Part shown: in pieces, positions 26,501-35,672 of the stretch | Layout: the number at the start of each line of letters is the position of its first letter | Numbering within the stretch: position 1 is the first letter of the stretch | DNA from: Lingula anatina | Lineage: Eukaryota; Animalia; Brachiopoda | Assembly (NCBI GenBank): GCA_051362555.1 | Contig: CM120640.1 | Span: forward strand, 5,332,001 to 5,396,000 | Direction: 5' to 3' | DNA: 64,000 nucleotides | Notes under the pieces: model-generated | Seen by the model: the letters and a program-made list of their open reading frames with translations, nothing else | The model's database searches: none | What the model was told of the DNA's origin: nothing | Translations under genes and position numbers: made by a program

Positions 26501-29500
26501 GTGAACGAGCAGCCTGCGGTGCAGGGGTTGTCCCAGGGAGCTTACACACAGCTTACACTGTTACAGGACCTCTTCATTGGAGGACATAGAAATTATGATG
26601 ATACTTCTAAATATGCTAGGGTTAAACAGTCATTTCAAGGTTGCATACAAAAGGTGAATTATCTCAGTATATGCCAGATATATAAACATTGGAAATGTGC
26701 ATGTATTTATGTAAAGATGATTTTTATGTTATATACTTTTAACTAGCTCAGAGGGAATTTGTAAATTTTTGAAAAAAAATGTATAATATGGAAATCAATC
26801 CACTTGGTAATTGAATTAAAGTTATAGAAAATTGTTTCCAGTATCAGGTAAAAACCTTGATGAAGAGGTAGCATAACTGTCAAAGTATCACAAACAGTCA
26901 TTCAGATGAGGTAGACAGACATTTATCAGGGAAATAGGAAATACAAAACAGTACAAAGAAATGAATCAACATAAATCAGTGCCAATAAGATATTTTATAT
27001 GTGATGGTTTTGCATTGCATGTTAAACTTTTATTTTAAAAGATTTTATGATGCTCTTAAACTTTTCTTTTTAGAACATTTTCTGCTGCTTTTAAAGGTAC
27101 ATGTCCTAAACTTTCATATTAAATAGGTGGTTGTTAACAACAAGCCTCTGTCTCTCATGGAGGACTACATTGATGGCATTAACATAGACACCTGCAGTCA
27201 CCCCTGCTCCACCAAGCCCTGTGAGAACAACGGGAAGTGTGTCCCTTATAAGAACTTTTACACATGTAACTGTCCTCTAGGGTTCACCAACACTAACTGT
27301 GAGGAAAGTGAGTACAAATGGTTCATGCATGATTGATGTAGTGGTGATTGGAGTGGTTGGTTCAACATATGTTACAGTTGAGAATCAATAACTGGGTGTA
27401 CTCTATAGTTTTTTCTGCTAAGGATATGAAAATTAAGTAAATAAATTAGTATAAACGTGCAAAAACAATACCCATTTTGGCTGCAATATAGATTAAGTAC
27501 TGCTATGTTATACATTTTACATGAAGTACACACGCTCACACATAACATAAAAAAATAAAATAAAAATAAATACTGTCCAGTAATTTTGTAGGCTGCCACA
27601 TAGGTTTTTTAAATGATTTTTAGCTGAAATTAACTTGAGGAAATTTTTATAACTTTTGCAGCACATTCTTTCTTTTACAAAAAGTCACCTATCTCTTCAT
27701 CTTTTACATAATCAAACAAGTTTAGCACATGGGTAATAGAATCCCTAAAGTATTTTGACTCATTGATGAGAAGGACCATGATATAGTTAGTATTGATTAT
27801 GAGGGTCTACATTTGCATTTGGAAAATACTCCTACATGTACTTGGCCTTGACAAATGAGCAGAAAAGAACGAATACTAATAAAAAGAAAACAAATATTAT
27901 ACATGTTTTTTTTAGACTGGTTTCACAAATTAATTGCAGATATAATAATTAATAATGTTCTTTTCAATGAATTTTGTATGCTTTGGTTTTGAGAAGCCAG
28001 CCACCCCACACCCTTTTTTGGGGGGGAGGGGGGTCAAACAACAAGTACTGATTCCATTAGTGAAGCACATTTTTAAACACTGATATGAAATTTTCTACTA
28101 TAGAGATATACTGCATATATAGAAATTCTTTCTTGGTTGTGTATATCTCAATTATATATTACGTAAAATCTTATCGTAAATTATTTGAATATGCTGAACA
28201 TATGTCATCAAATTTCAGTAATTGCCAATACACGTACATTAAGGGAAGCATATGTGTGATTCATTTTCACCATTCTATGTATATATAGTCATCATCAATA
28301 CATGGTGGTCTAATCAATAAATGGCATGTACAAGTACAGTAACGTCTTTCTACAAGACCATATGTAATTAGGAATTGAATTATCAGCTTCGTTTATGAAA
28401 TTTTTACAAGTAGCAGAAGTCATTACAGTTTTTTTCCCCACTTTAACTGCCTGGGTTGAAAGCTTGAAACAATTACCATTTGGCTAAATGGGAGTTTGAT
28501 TAGATTTTCTCATAATTTGACAGCGTCATTTGCTCCATGGAGACCATGTTATAAGGTCTTTTACTCTTTGTCGAAATTACTTCTTTTTTTTACATATTGA
28601 GAACACAAATTTACATGTTACATACTCCCCACTTTGCCAGGAGATTTTGTGAACTACCATACTTGAAGAGCTGAGGGAATGAATATACTTTGTTCACACA
28701 AATCAACACGGTTATGAAATATTCTTAATGAAAAAGATGTGTAATAGAAGTCATAAATCAAGTAATTAAGTTCCATATTATATCATAATAGATGATTGAT
28801 AATTTAGCATATTTTAAAATGATATACTTATGTTTTAGCTGTATATGATGATGTGACAGTCCCAATGTTTAGAGGAAACAGCTTCTTGAAGTATAATGAT
28901 GAAGAAACCATGAAAAGGTAAGATACAGCTAAAAATTTAAAAATTAAAAGGTTTTATTTGCTTACAAAAGATGCTCTTTTAAAGTTATATGTTTTTAATG
29001 GAAAGATGATATGAAATTAAAATTATCACATTTTTTTCTGAAATTGAAACTGTTTATTATTGAAATAGAATCAAAGGCAAGAAGCTGGATATTAAAATAC
29101 GGCTAAAGACCAGCCAATCAGATGGACTTATCTTGTGGAGTAGTGAAGAACACCTGAGCACCATCAGCGACTATGTGGCTATTGGTTTGCGTGGAGGGTA
29201 TGTCCACTTTCAGTACAACCTGGGCAGTGGGGAGGCGGACATCATGGTCAATACGACCAGGATCGATGATGGGAAGTGGCACAGGATTCATGCTAAAAGG
29301 TACATGATTGCAGGTATCACATGGTCAGAAAGTTTCATAAGATGAACTGTTTTGGTATAAATTGTGTCACATCTCACAGTGATAATAAATAAATATTTAT
29401 AGAAAAAAAAATCATTCATATTTTCAGTTGCCATAAAGTATTCTTTTTTGTCCCAGGTTAAAACAGGATGGGTCTCTGAAAGTTGATGACCTTTCTGCAC

Positions 29501-30255
29501 AAGATGGCCGAAGTCCTGGAAGATTTACTCAGCTAAATACCAACACACAACTCTTTTTAGGTATGGGGGTACAGTGGTGCTATTTGAGACAAATTTTGGT
29601 ATGGTATGACATAAAAGAAAAGGGACTGTGAACACAGAGAATAATTGTCTAAAAGCAATGTACAATAGCAGTTTTACTTTAAATATGTCATTTCTCAGCA
29701 GAATAAATTAAGTGAAAGCCGTGCAACCAAATGGCATGCCACTTTATTCTGTTTTTAAAATACAAGGGCAGAGATTACTGATTTTAAACAGGGATGGGGG
29801 TCATTTCCCCTGCTACGATAACCACTTTTACCCAGTGTTGTGTTACTGGGGCAGGGGGATGTTTGGGGAGGGAGGATCATAGAGTCATGCACACGTGCAG
29901 CTGTGGCAACAGTGATGACATTTGACCCATCCCACGACAAAGATGGTTGATACCACATTAGAAATTAGTTACAGAAAACAAAAAAAATGAAAAATTGACT
30001 GATGATATCCTTAGTTAGTATAGATCACTGCCTATTCACAATATGGAAGTGTATATATATCATTTATGTAATATTCTAATCTATCTTCTTTAAACTAATA
30101 TTTCAGGTGCTGTGAATGACATGGCAGAGAAAACACTTCACAAATATACAGGGGGTTTTGTTGGATGTATCTCCCACTTTACTCTGGCCACAGACTACCA
30201 TGTGAAATTTGTTGCTCAAGCCAGCAGTGGACAGAATATTAACCAGTGCTCATGA
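2469..30255 (+). CDS. EGFLAM: Pikachurin/EGFLAM-like (Drosophila SP2353-type) secreted protein, whole 14-exon model, 866 aa: SP-EGF-(S/T/D-rich linker)-EGF-LamG-EGF-LamG-EGF-LamG
   Basis: join(2469..2556,8967..9086,13005..13517,15225..15426,18480..18624,19202..19394,19711..19836,20078..20318,26425..26653,27127..27307,28839..28917,29069..29299,29457..29560,30107..30255) = 2601 nt. All introns are GT-AG with matching phases and there is no internal stop. N-terminal AVFQGSC-EGF and GLFSRITFR resemble invertebrate pikachurin/SP2353 as I recall them. Orthology was not tested. Confidence 0.85.
4780..4925. repeat. Degenerate interspersed repeat fragment, with a related copy at about 14470-14610
   Basis: Both share caaaatccatcca...ttttt...tgct..(c)aaac-type sequence. 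Resembles reverse-oriented Helentron/HINE-type ends. Recognised by eye. Confidence 0.35.
8967..9086 (+). CDS. EGFLAM: Pikachurin-like exon 2 (EGF-like domain)
   Basis: Poly-T tract then ttcag|; [39 protein letters not shown]; |gtgagt; phase 1-1. Confidence 0.9.
13005..13517 (+). CDS. EGFLAM: Pikachurin-like exon 3 (low-complexity linker + EGF)
   Basis: tttcag|; ends [36 protein letters not shown]; |gtaaaa; 513 nt, phase 1-1. Confidence 0.88.
15225..15426 (+). CDS. EGFLAM: Pikachurin-like exon 4 (LamG1 N-half)
   Basis: ctgtag|; [12 protein letters not shown]...[16 protein letters not shown]...[15 protein letters not shown]; |gtaagt; phase 1-2. Confidence 0.92.
15490..15745 (-). mobile_element. 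3' end of an RTE-clade non-LTR retrotransposon (5'-truncated, degenerate)
   Basis: Minus strand reads [31 protein letters not shown] / [30 protein letters not shown] (one frameshift), followed by a (GATT)n(GATG)n tail. Resembles the RTE ORF2 C-terminus. Confidence 0.65.
16043..16302. mobile_element. Old foldback MITE with about 95-bp diverged inverted arms
   Basis: Left arm ggctctttcccaaggaaacttgttct...gtttaacagactaaca matches the reverse complement of the right arm gggctcattcccaatgaaactattgttct...gtttaacagattaaca. No clean TSD. Confidence 0.7.
18480..18624 (+). CDS. EGFLAM: Pikachurin-like exon 5 (LamG1)
   Basis: tttcag|; [48 protein letters not shown]; |gtgagt; phase 2-0. Absent from the ORF track. 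Confidence 0.92.
19202..19394 (+). CDS. EGFLAM: Pikachurin-like exon 6 (LamG1 C-half)
   Basis: ttccag|; [16 protein letters not shown]...[13 protein letters not shown]...DAIDGVDV; |gtgagg; phase 0-1. Confidence 0.92.
19711..19836 (+). CDS. EGFLAM: Pikachurin-like exon 7 (EGF)
   Basis: ctctag|; [41 protein letters not shown]; |gtaata; phase 1-1. Confidence 0.92.
20078..20318 (+). CDS. EGFLAM: Pikachurin-like exon 8 (LamG2 N-half)
   Basis: tttcag|; [12 protein letters not shown]...DGTLLYNG...[27 protein letters not shown]; |gtagta; phase 1-2. Confidence 0.92.
20716..22520 (+). mobile_element. Helentron-associated (HINE/DINE-like) non-autonomous element nested in the DNA transposon
   Basis: TTTTT, then hairpin atgtacagacac-agat-gtgtctgtacat, then (GTCGCC/GATGCC)n microsatellite (about 20768-20835). 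About 160-bp tandem units start near 20914, 21073 and 21236, and a second longer repeat set near 21711, 22048 and 22300. The 3' sub-terminal gtctgtacat (22487-22496) is followed by a short stem gacagc-ttt-gctgcc and a T-rich end. Confidence 0.75.
22930..23622 (+). promoter_or_regulatory. Putative transposon promoter, non-coding first exon and 5'-UTR intron (23047-23622)
   Basis: Two CACATG E-boxes near 22941-22960. Consensus donor AAG|GTAAGT at 23046/47. Acceptor ctttttctatcaatttag| lies 6 nt before the ATG at 23629. Confidence 0.55.
23629..24546 (+). CDS. Truncated transposase-like protein (basic/coiled-coil N-terminal half, no DDE core), 305 aa
   Basis: Uninterrupted K/R-rich ORF inside the TIR-bounded element. 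Motifs [18 protein letters not shown] and [16 protein letters not shown] resemble the N-terminal part of animal DDE transposases (Sola2-like from memory, not verified). Confidence 0.7.
   Translation: MPLSRAEIQKNYRERKKRNERETYLAKERARQKRNYVPIGTLTERKRSKRRDEVKERVRKCRQKKSVENAAIDVPNPVESTNDTSGYETMQSDHSTGLIVRLPNRRNGPRKRLSKALRKSRDKLKSLKKENEGLKKKVKYVQRKMQRMKRKMNIPACPNTPRSNMKRLFPKSKGFGGERVRKQLLLTNVITAEASKFKHVTTSNAKKRQLYGSFAGKLLKKYRCILHFSKSAKINRNLISNIIRKGIDTAEIRKRTAYKFRREVTAFYVRDDKSIMQPRKKEKTKRMFKFSKRDVKLVESKFRHN
25811..26112. mobile_element. Palindromic MITE, PIF/Harbinger (Tourist)-like
   Basis: About 134-bp near-perfect inverted arms (GGTCGCATTCACAACGAG...CTCGTTGTGAATGCGATC) with an about 33-nt loop. 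3-bp TSD TTA (25808-25810, 26113-26115). Confidence 0.9.
26113..26212 (+). pseudogene. Partial duplicate (pseudo-exon) of the intron-8 acceptor and first about 47 nt of exon 9
   Basis: gatatttcccag|atcatcacagccattacctctcaatgcctgtcatacagtgaagatctc versus the true gatatttcacag|gtcatcacagccattacctctcaatgcctggcacacagtaaagatctc. Confidence 0.85.
26425..26653 (+). CDS. EGFLAM: Pikachurin-like exon 9 (LamG2 C-half)
   Basis: ttcacag|; [26 protein letters not shown]...LFIGG...FQGCIQK; |gtgaat; phase 2-0. Confidence 0.92.
27127..27307 (+). CDS. EGFLAM: Pikachurin-like exon 10 (LamG2 end + EGF)
   Basis: aaatag|; VVVNNKPL...[38 protein letters not shown]; |gtgagt; phase 0-1. Confidence 0.92.
28839..28917 (+). 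CDS. EGFLAM: Pikachurin-like exon 11 (LamG3 start)
   Basis: ttttag|; [25 protein letters not shown]; |gtaaga; phase 1-2. Confidence 0.88.
29069..29299 (+). CDS. EGFLAM: Pikachurin-like exon 12 (LamG3)
   Basis: aaatag|; [24 protein letters not shown]...[22 protein letters not shown]...[11 protein letters not shown]; |gtacat; phase 2-2. Confidence 0.9.
29457..29560 (+). CDS. EGFLAM: Pikachurin-like exon 13 (LamG3)
   Basis: tcccag|; [34 protein letters not shown]; |gtatgg; phase 2-1. Confidence 0.9.
30107..30255 (+). CDS. EGFLAM: Pikachurin-like exon 14 (terminal coding exon)
   Basis: tttcag|; [48 protein letters not shown]; TGA at 30253-30255. Confidence 0.92.
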
Positions 30256-31746
30256 AAAAGAAGTACCAACCCAGTGAAGTGATGAAAGCTGGAGCAGGAT
30301 TGGATGTAGTATGTTTAAGATACAGCATATTGAAATGTGAATGTAGAAGGTCCCAGCAGCACTCAGTGAAGGAAGAACCACTGTGATATCATGACAGAGT
30401 TATTTGCCATGGAATGTCAGGACAGTGGGGTTATTGCTGTTACTTCTCTTTTTTTTATCAAGTTTTGGGATTATGTAAATGAAATGAATGTAAAAGTAGC
30501 AAAATATGCCCAAATACAAACTGGAATTGGCCTTTATTTGTAACAGAGATATTTCCTGCTGAAGAATTGTGTAAAAGATCATCCCAATATAAGAATTGTA
30601 ACTATTTTTAAATAGGAGAGACCTGTGAAGGAGACCTATATGTATAATTTTGTTACTATATCTTTCAACATCAAGAGATAGTCATGGTACATGTAATTGA
30701 CAGCTAACATAATTGACCTAAAGATAGTTCAGTACATGAAATAATACTTTTCTCTTTCTCCATTTCTCTGCTTTCATATTTGTCTGTCATATTTGTGCCA
30801 AAGTGAACAATGATTGTTTTGTAATTTTTTATGTGTTGTCTAGACCTATTTAGGGCTTTAAAGGTGGAAAGCTTGCACATTTTTATCTTCTGTAGGTCTG
30901 AATATTGTAGCTCTATTATATATATTGATATATATATATATTTGATCCCCAAAAGTCATGAAGTCATACCTGACAGCTATAAAAAAAGAATTTTGAATTA
31001 AAAAATTAATAGGGAGTAATTATAGAAGTACGCGTAAAGACATATTTCACATTTCAGTTTTGAGAAGAATATTGGTTTCAACTATGTTTCAACTATGTTA
31101 AAACATAGATGAATCCTAGATTCCACCATGTTTATCACTTTAAAATGGATCAAAACAAGTAAAAACAAGCAAAAGCTGACATAATCTAAGACTAATTGCA
31201 GTTTTTAGTTGAAATAGGACATAGGCATTCGTACGACACCTATTTCCCTTTGTTTATTTGTTGTTTCATGAAATTAACTATTATATCAATTTACCTTCCC
31301 GTGTAGTTATTTTTTTCAGCTTTATACTCATGCCAAATTTTCATATCCACACAGTCTTCCCAAAGATGACCCCCCCATGTAATCACTGTGCATGCCTTTC
31401 TGCCTAACGTTCTACTAGTATATGTGTTAATGCAACTTTTTTGTACGTCTCTGGAATCTAGTTCTCTTTTTTATGCAGTATGTCATATTTGTGAAAGTTA
31501 ACAGTGCATTAGTGTCATTGCAATACGGTAGATTTGTAAATGAAATTAATACGGAAGTGCTTTTTATTTTACAGTGTACATAAAATGTACAGATCAAATG
31601 CATTATACAGGCTGTAAAGTTGAAGTGAAGAAAACATGATGGAATGCATAATACCTGTCAGAAATGTTTATGGAGATTTGACACCTGTTGAACAGAAGTC
31701 GCAGTGTAAGAGATAATCCTTGAGTGATTTTTACATGTAGTTCATA

Positions 31747-32520
31747 TAGTCCAGTGGCTTAAGGCAAAAAATGGCCAAATCGTGACACGGCGGATAAAAG
31801 CACCAAAATTTGCATGTGGGTACCTTTTGACGTACTAAATCAAATTAGAGCCGTAGCCCATGGAAAAAAATTACCGTTTGGCCAAAAAATCCAAAATGGC
31901 CCCTAATTTGTGAAATTCTGTAGAAATATATGCATACCTATGTTGATTTTTATCAAATAAAGTATTTTCTCAATGTTTTCCACATCCTTATTACCCATAT
32001 AATGCATATATGTCAGATAACAAACGAGTGTCCTTGGACTTTTTGAAAAATCCAAGATGGCCGCCGTATGGCTTAGGAATACTAGAACATGTAGAAGGGT
32101 TTTCAACTAATGCCAACTATGAAGATGCATTGCCCACTATCCAATTAATTTTGTTTCTGAGTGCCTTATTACACAAATAATATATTTGTGGTGAGTAACT
32201 AACCTTTATTCTCAAGCATTTCGAGAAAAACCCAAGATGGCCGCCATATCAAAGGAATACTAGTATACACATAGGGCTTCTGCTGCCATGGATATAAAAT
32301 ATTGATTGACAAATTAGGTTTGTTTCTGAGTATTTTCCACATCTTTTTAATCCACATAATATATATGTGATGAGAATGTTATGTGTATCCTTTTTGAAAA
32401 CAACACAAAACAAAATGGCTGCCATTAGCCATAGAAGGTGGGTTTCAGTTAATACGTTAATACCTGCGAGAGATAGGCTTTCATATAAATTGAAGCTAAA
32501 TTCAGTTGTTTTTCTGTTAG

Positions 32521-32567
<47 letters not shown>

Positions 32568-34485
32568 CACATGATACAAATCTGTTAGGTAATTAATGTC
32601 CATATTTGATCATTTTGGGGAAATCCAAGATGGCCTTCCTTTCCCCATAGGAAAACTGTTGCATTGGATTTTATAGGCACTTCTAAGGCAAATGAGGGTA
32701 ATCATGGCATTTTGTCAAAATACTTAAGGGTACACACTTGTTACCCACCAGATAGATATCTCAAAGTCCAAAAAGAATGTGGGAAATACCGAGAAACAAA
32801 ATTAATTTTATATTGAACCCAATGTCTCTCTGGCAGTAGTTGACTGTGCTACTCCTATTGTGAATTGCAGCAATCTTGAACTTTCTCAAATATGCAAGAT
32901 GCACACTTGCTACACATCAGATTTATATAGAGTAGGGTTAATAAAGATGTGAACATGTCTGAATATCAAACAGGTTTATTTCATGTTGGATTCCATGTCT
33001 GAACTGTTCCATGAATTGACACCTATGTGCATTTGAATGATATATTCCTATGACAACTGGCAGCTATCTTGGGTTTGCTCCGAATAGTACTCAAGGATAC
33101 ATACACTTTCTACACACAATGAGTCTTTCATAAGGATAAATAGGATATGAAAAACATTTTAAAAGATCTAAAGTTAACTACATTTAAATTGTACTCAGTG
33201 TATCTCTGGAATTATTTGATTATGTGTACGAATATTCTAATGACAAAAGGCAGACATCTCGAATTTTTTTTCAGAATACCCAAAGATACACACATGCTAC
33301 AGACCAGGTATACATCATAGGGGTAATTATAAATGGAATGAAAAACATAAATTATTTTTAAAACAAACCCATGGTAATGTAATTGTATAATGAACCATAT
33401 GCCTCTCTAGCAGCAATTGAAACCCACCCATTAGTATTCCTATGCCAAATTGTAGCTTTCTTGGATTTACTCAGAATACCCAAGGATGCACACTATCTAC
33501 CCACCAGATATATATCATAGGACTAATAAGGATGGGCAAAACTTGATAAGCAAACACAATTTCACCCTGGCAGTAGATGAAAAACCATGGATGTGCAGTT
33601 TGAATACCAGTAGTATTCCTATGACCGGTGACGGCCATCTTGGATTTTCTCAAAATGATCAAATATGCACATTTATTACCTGCTAGATATGTATCACAGT
33701 GTAATAATAATGTGTAAAACACTGAAAAAATAAACTGAATTTGATAGTGAATTATGTTTTCCTAGCTGGCATTAGTTCCAACCCTTTGTAATACTAGATG
33801 TATTCCTATGACATATGGCGGCCATCTTGGATTTTCTCAAAATACCCAAGAATACATGTTCGTTACTCACCACATACATATTGTGTTGGTGGAAAGGATG
33901 TGGAAAACACTCAGAAACAAACTTAATTTGGTAGTGGAAAATTAATCTTTCCAGTTGTCATTAGTTGAATCCCCCGTATACTAGAATTCCTGTGACACAT
34001 GGCAGCCATCTTGGATTTTCCAAAATGCCCAAGAACACTTCGTAGTTACTCACTACAAACATATAATGTGGGTAACCAAAATCTGAGAAACAGACTTAAT
34101 TTGATAGTGGACAACGTATCTTTCTAGCTGGTATTAGTTGTGCACTAGTATTCCTATGGCTGTTTCTATGGCATATGACAGCCATCTTGGATTTTTCAAA
34201 AGTCCAAGGGAACTTGTTTGCTATCTGACATATATGAATACAATGGGTAATAAAGGTGTGGAAAACTCTGAGAAAATAATTTATTTGATAAAAATCAACA
34301 TAGGTATGTGCATATTTCTATAGAATTCCATAAATTGGCGGCCATTTTGAATTTTTTGACCAAACGGTAAATTGTTTGAGAGGGCTACGGCTCTAATTTG
34401 ATTAAGAATGTCAAAAGGTAGCTACATGCCAAATTTGGTGCTTTTATCCGCCGTGTCACGATTTTTTCCTTAAGCCACCGGACTA
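31747..34485. mobile_element. Non-autonomous foldback DNA transposon with long TIRs (Academ-like termini)
   Basis: Starts TAGTCCAGTGGCTTAAGG and ends CCTTAAGCCACCGGACTA. More than 300 bp of clearly alignable inverted arms; 3-bp flanking duplication ATA; internal about 185-bp subrepeats; no long ORF. The superfamily is inferred from TAG termini and the 3-bp TSD only. Confidence 0.85.
32522..32568. repeat. (TTA)n microsatellite inside the foldback element
   Basis: About 15 units, seen directly. Confidence 0.95.
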
Positions 34486-34512
34486 ATATATTTCGTCTCA
34501 TGTTTACAAATC

Positions 34513-34518
34513 AATAAA
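34513..34518 (+). terminator. Candidate poly(A) signal of the pikachurin-like gene
   Basis: AATAAA followed by a G/T-rich tract. It is the first canonical host (non-TE) AATAAA I found after the stop codon, and lies near the CpG-content transition. Confidence 0.4.
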
Positions 34519-34939
34519 TGTTTTGTAATGTTTCCGAAAGAGTTGTCTTTGAAATTCACCCGAAAAGTGCAATCCTTAAAATCTTAATTTCCATCAAATT
34601 TAAGTGATATTTTTGACTGTTTAACTATATATGATTTAAAAAAAGGTATTTAAAGCACTGAAACCGCATTTCTTTTTAAACAAGACAAAATTCGAATTCA
34701 CTTACGTATTATTGTGAAATATGGTTTTGATACAATGTTTTAAAGTCTCCGTCGCCAAAAAGGGGCTCTTTATACTTTACAAGAAATGCGCATATCTACA
34801 TCCATAAAAAGCAATCTTTACATTTAATCATTGTTTCCTTTTAATACATCCGGAGAAGTCTTCGGTCGCTGTATCTCGGCAATGACTTATAGTTTCTTGA
34901 ATATATACCTTTTTCCACAGAAACAAACTGCACTAATTA

Positions 34940-35655
34940 TAACACAACCCTTGGAGAGCTGAACAAGTCACTTTCATTTACACTTTATCTGTGGCGCTGA
35001 CGAAAATCCGCCACTTAGCTTGTGTCACTCCTGTGTCCACTAATTACACAGTATGTTATAACACGAAAGTTTGAGAGCTCTCCTGTGAGCTTTGAATGAA
35101 TAAAACTTGGACATAATAACGTAAATTTGTCCATGAATAAAATGATCGTCCTCACTTGAGCAGAACAAGTCGCCTTAAATTATACTATAATAGTGACTCT
35201 AACATTGACAAGTGCAATAAAACTTTGGTTACATTTTTATGGACAGACATTATGTGATTGAACATATAGCCATCATCTGCATCTGGCAACGTCGTCGCCG
35301 TGACCTTGTAGTTTCCAGGAATTTTTACTCTTATACACCATAAAGGAATGGTTCATCGGACTTATATGCAGCTCCAGTTCGAAAACCAGGCTGTTCTTGT
35401 TGAAAACAATGGCTAATTTTTTTTCAATTTTCTTTTTCAATTTTTCACAGATTGGCATTTTACATGTATATGTCTATCTATAGTTGGCAATTTTGTCGCC
35501 ATGTTAATTATAACGCACCACCTTTCACGTTTTGTCTGTAGAAAAGTAAAGTCTACTAGCCTACATGTAATTACAACATCACCCTGGGAGAGCTGTCCTT
35601 TGAGTTGAACAAGTCACCTTCATTTACACTTTGTCTGTGACGCTAACGAAAATCT
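34940..35655. repeat. Dispersed direct repeats in the LRR gene 3' region
   Basis: ggagagctg..gaacaagtcac(t/c)ttcatttacactt(t)(a/g)tctgtg(g/a)cgct(g/a)acgaaaatc at about 34945-35008 and 35580-35655, with partial copies at about 35075 and 35155. Confidence 0.75.
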
Positions 35656-35672
35656 CTCAAATGAACACTTAA

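Noticed and set aside
32367-32588. Poly-tyrosine ORF
   Set aside because: (TTA)n microsatellite inside the foldback TE.
31903-34323. Pair of similar ORFs (31903-32106 minus, 34138-34323 plus)
   Set aside because: Similarity simply reflects the element's inverted arms; no coding signature.
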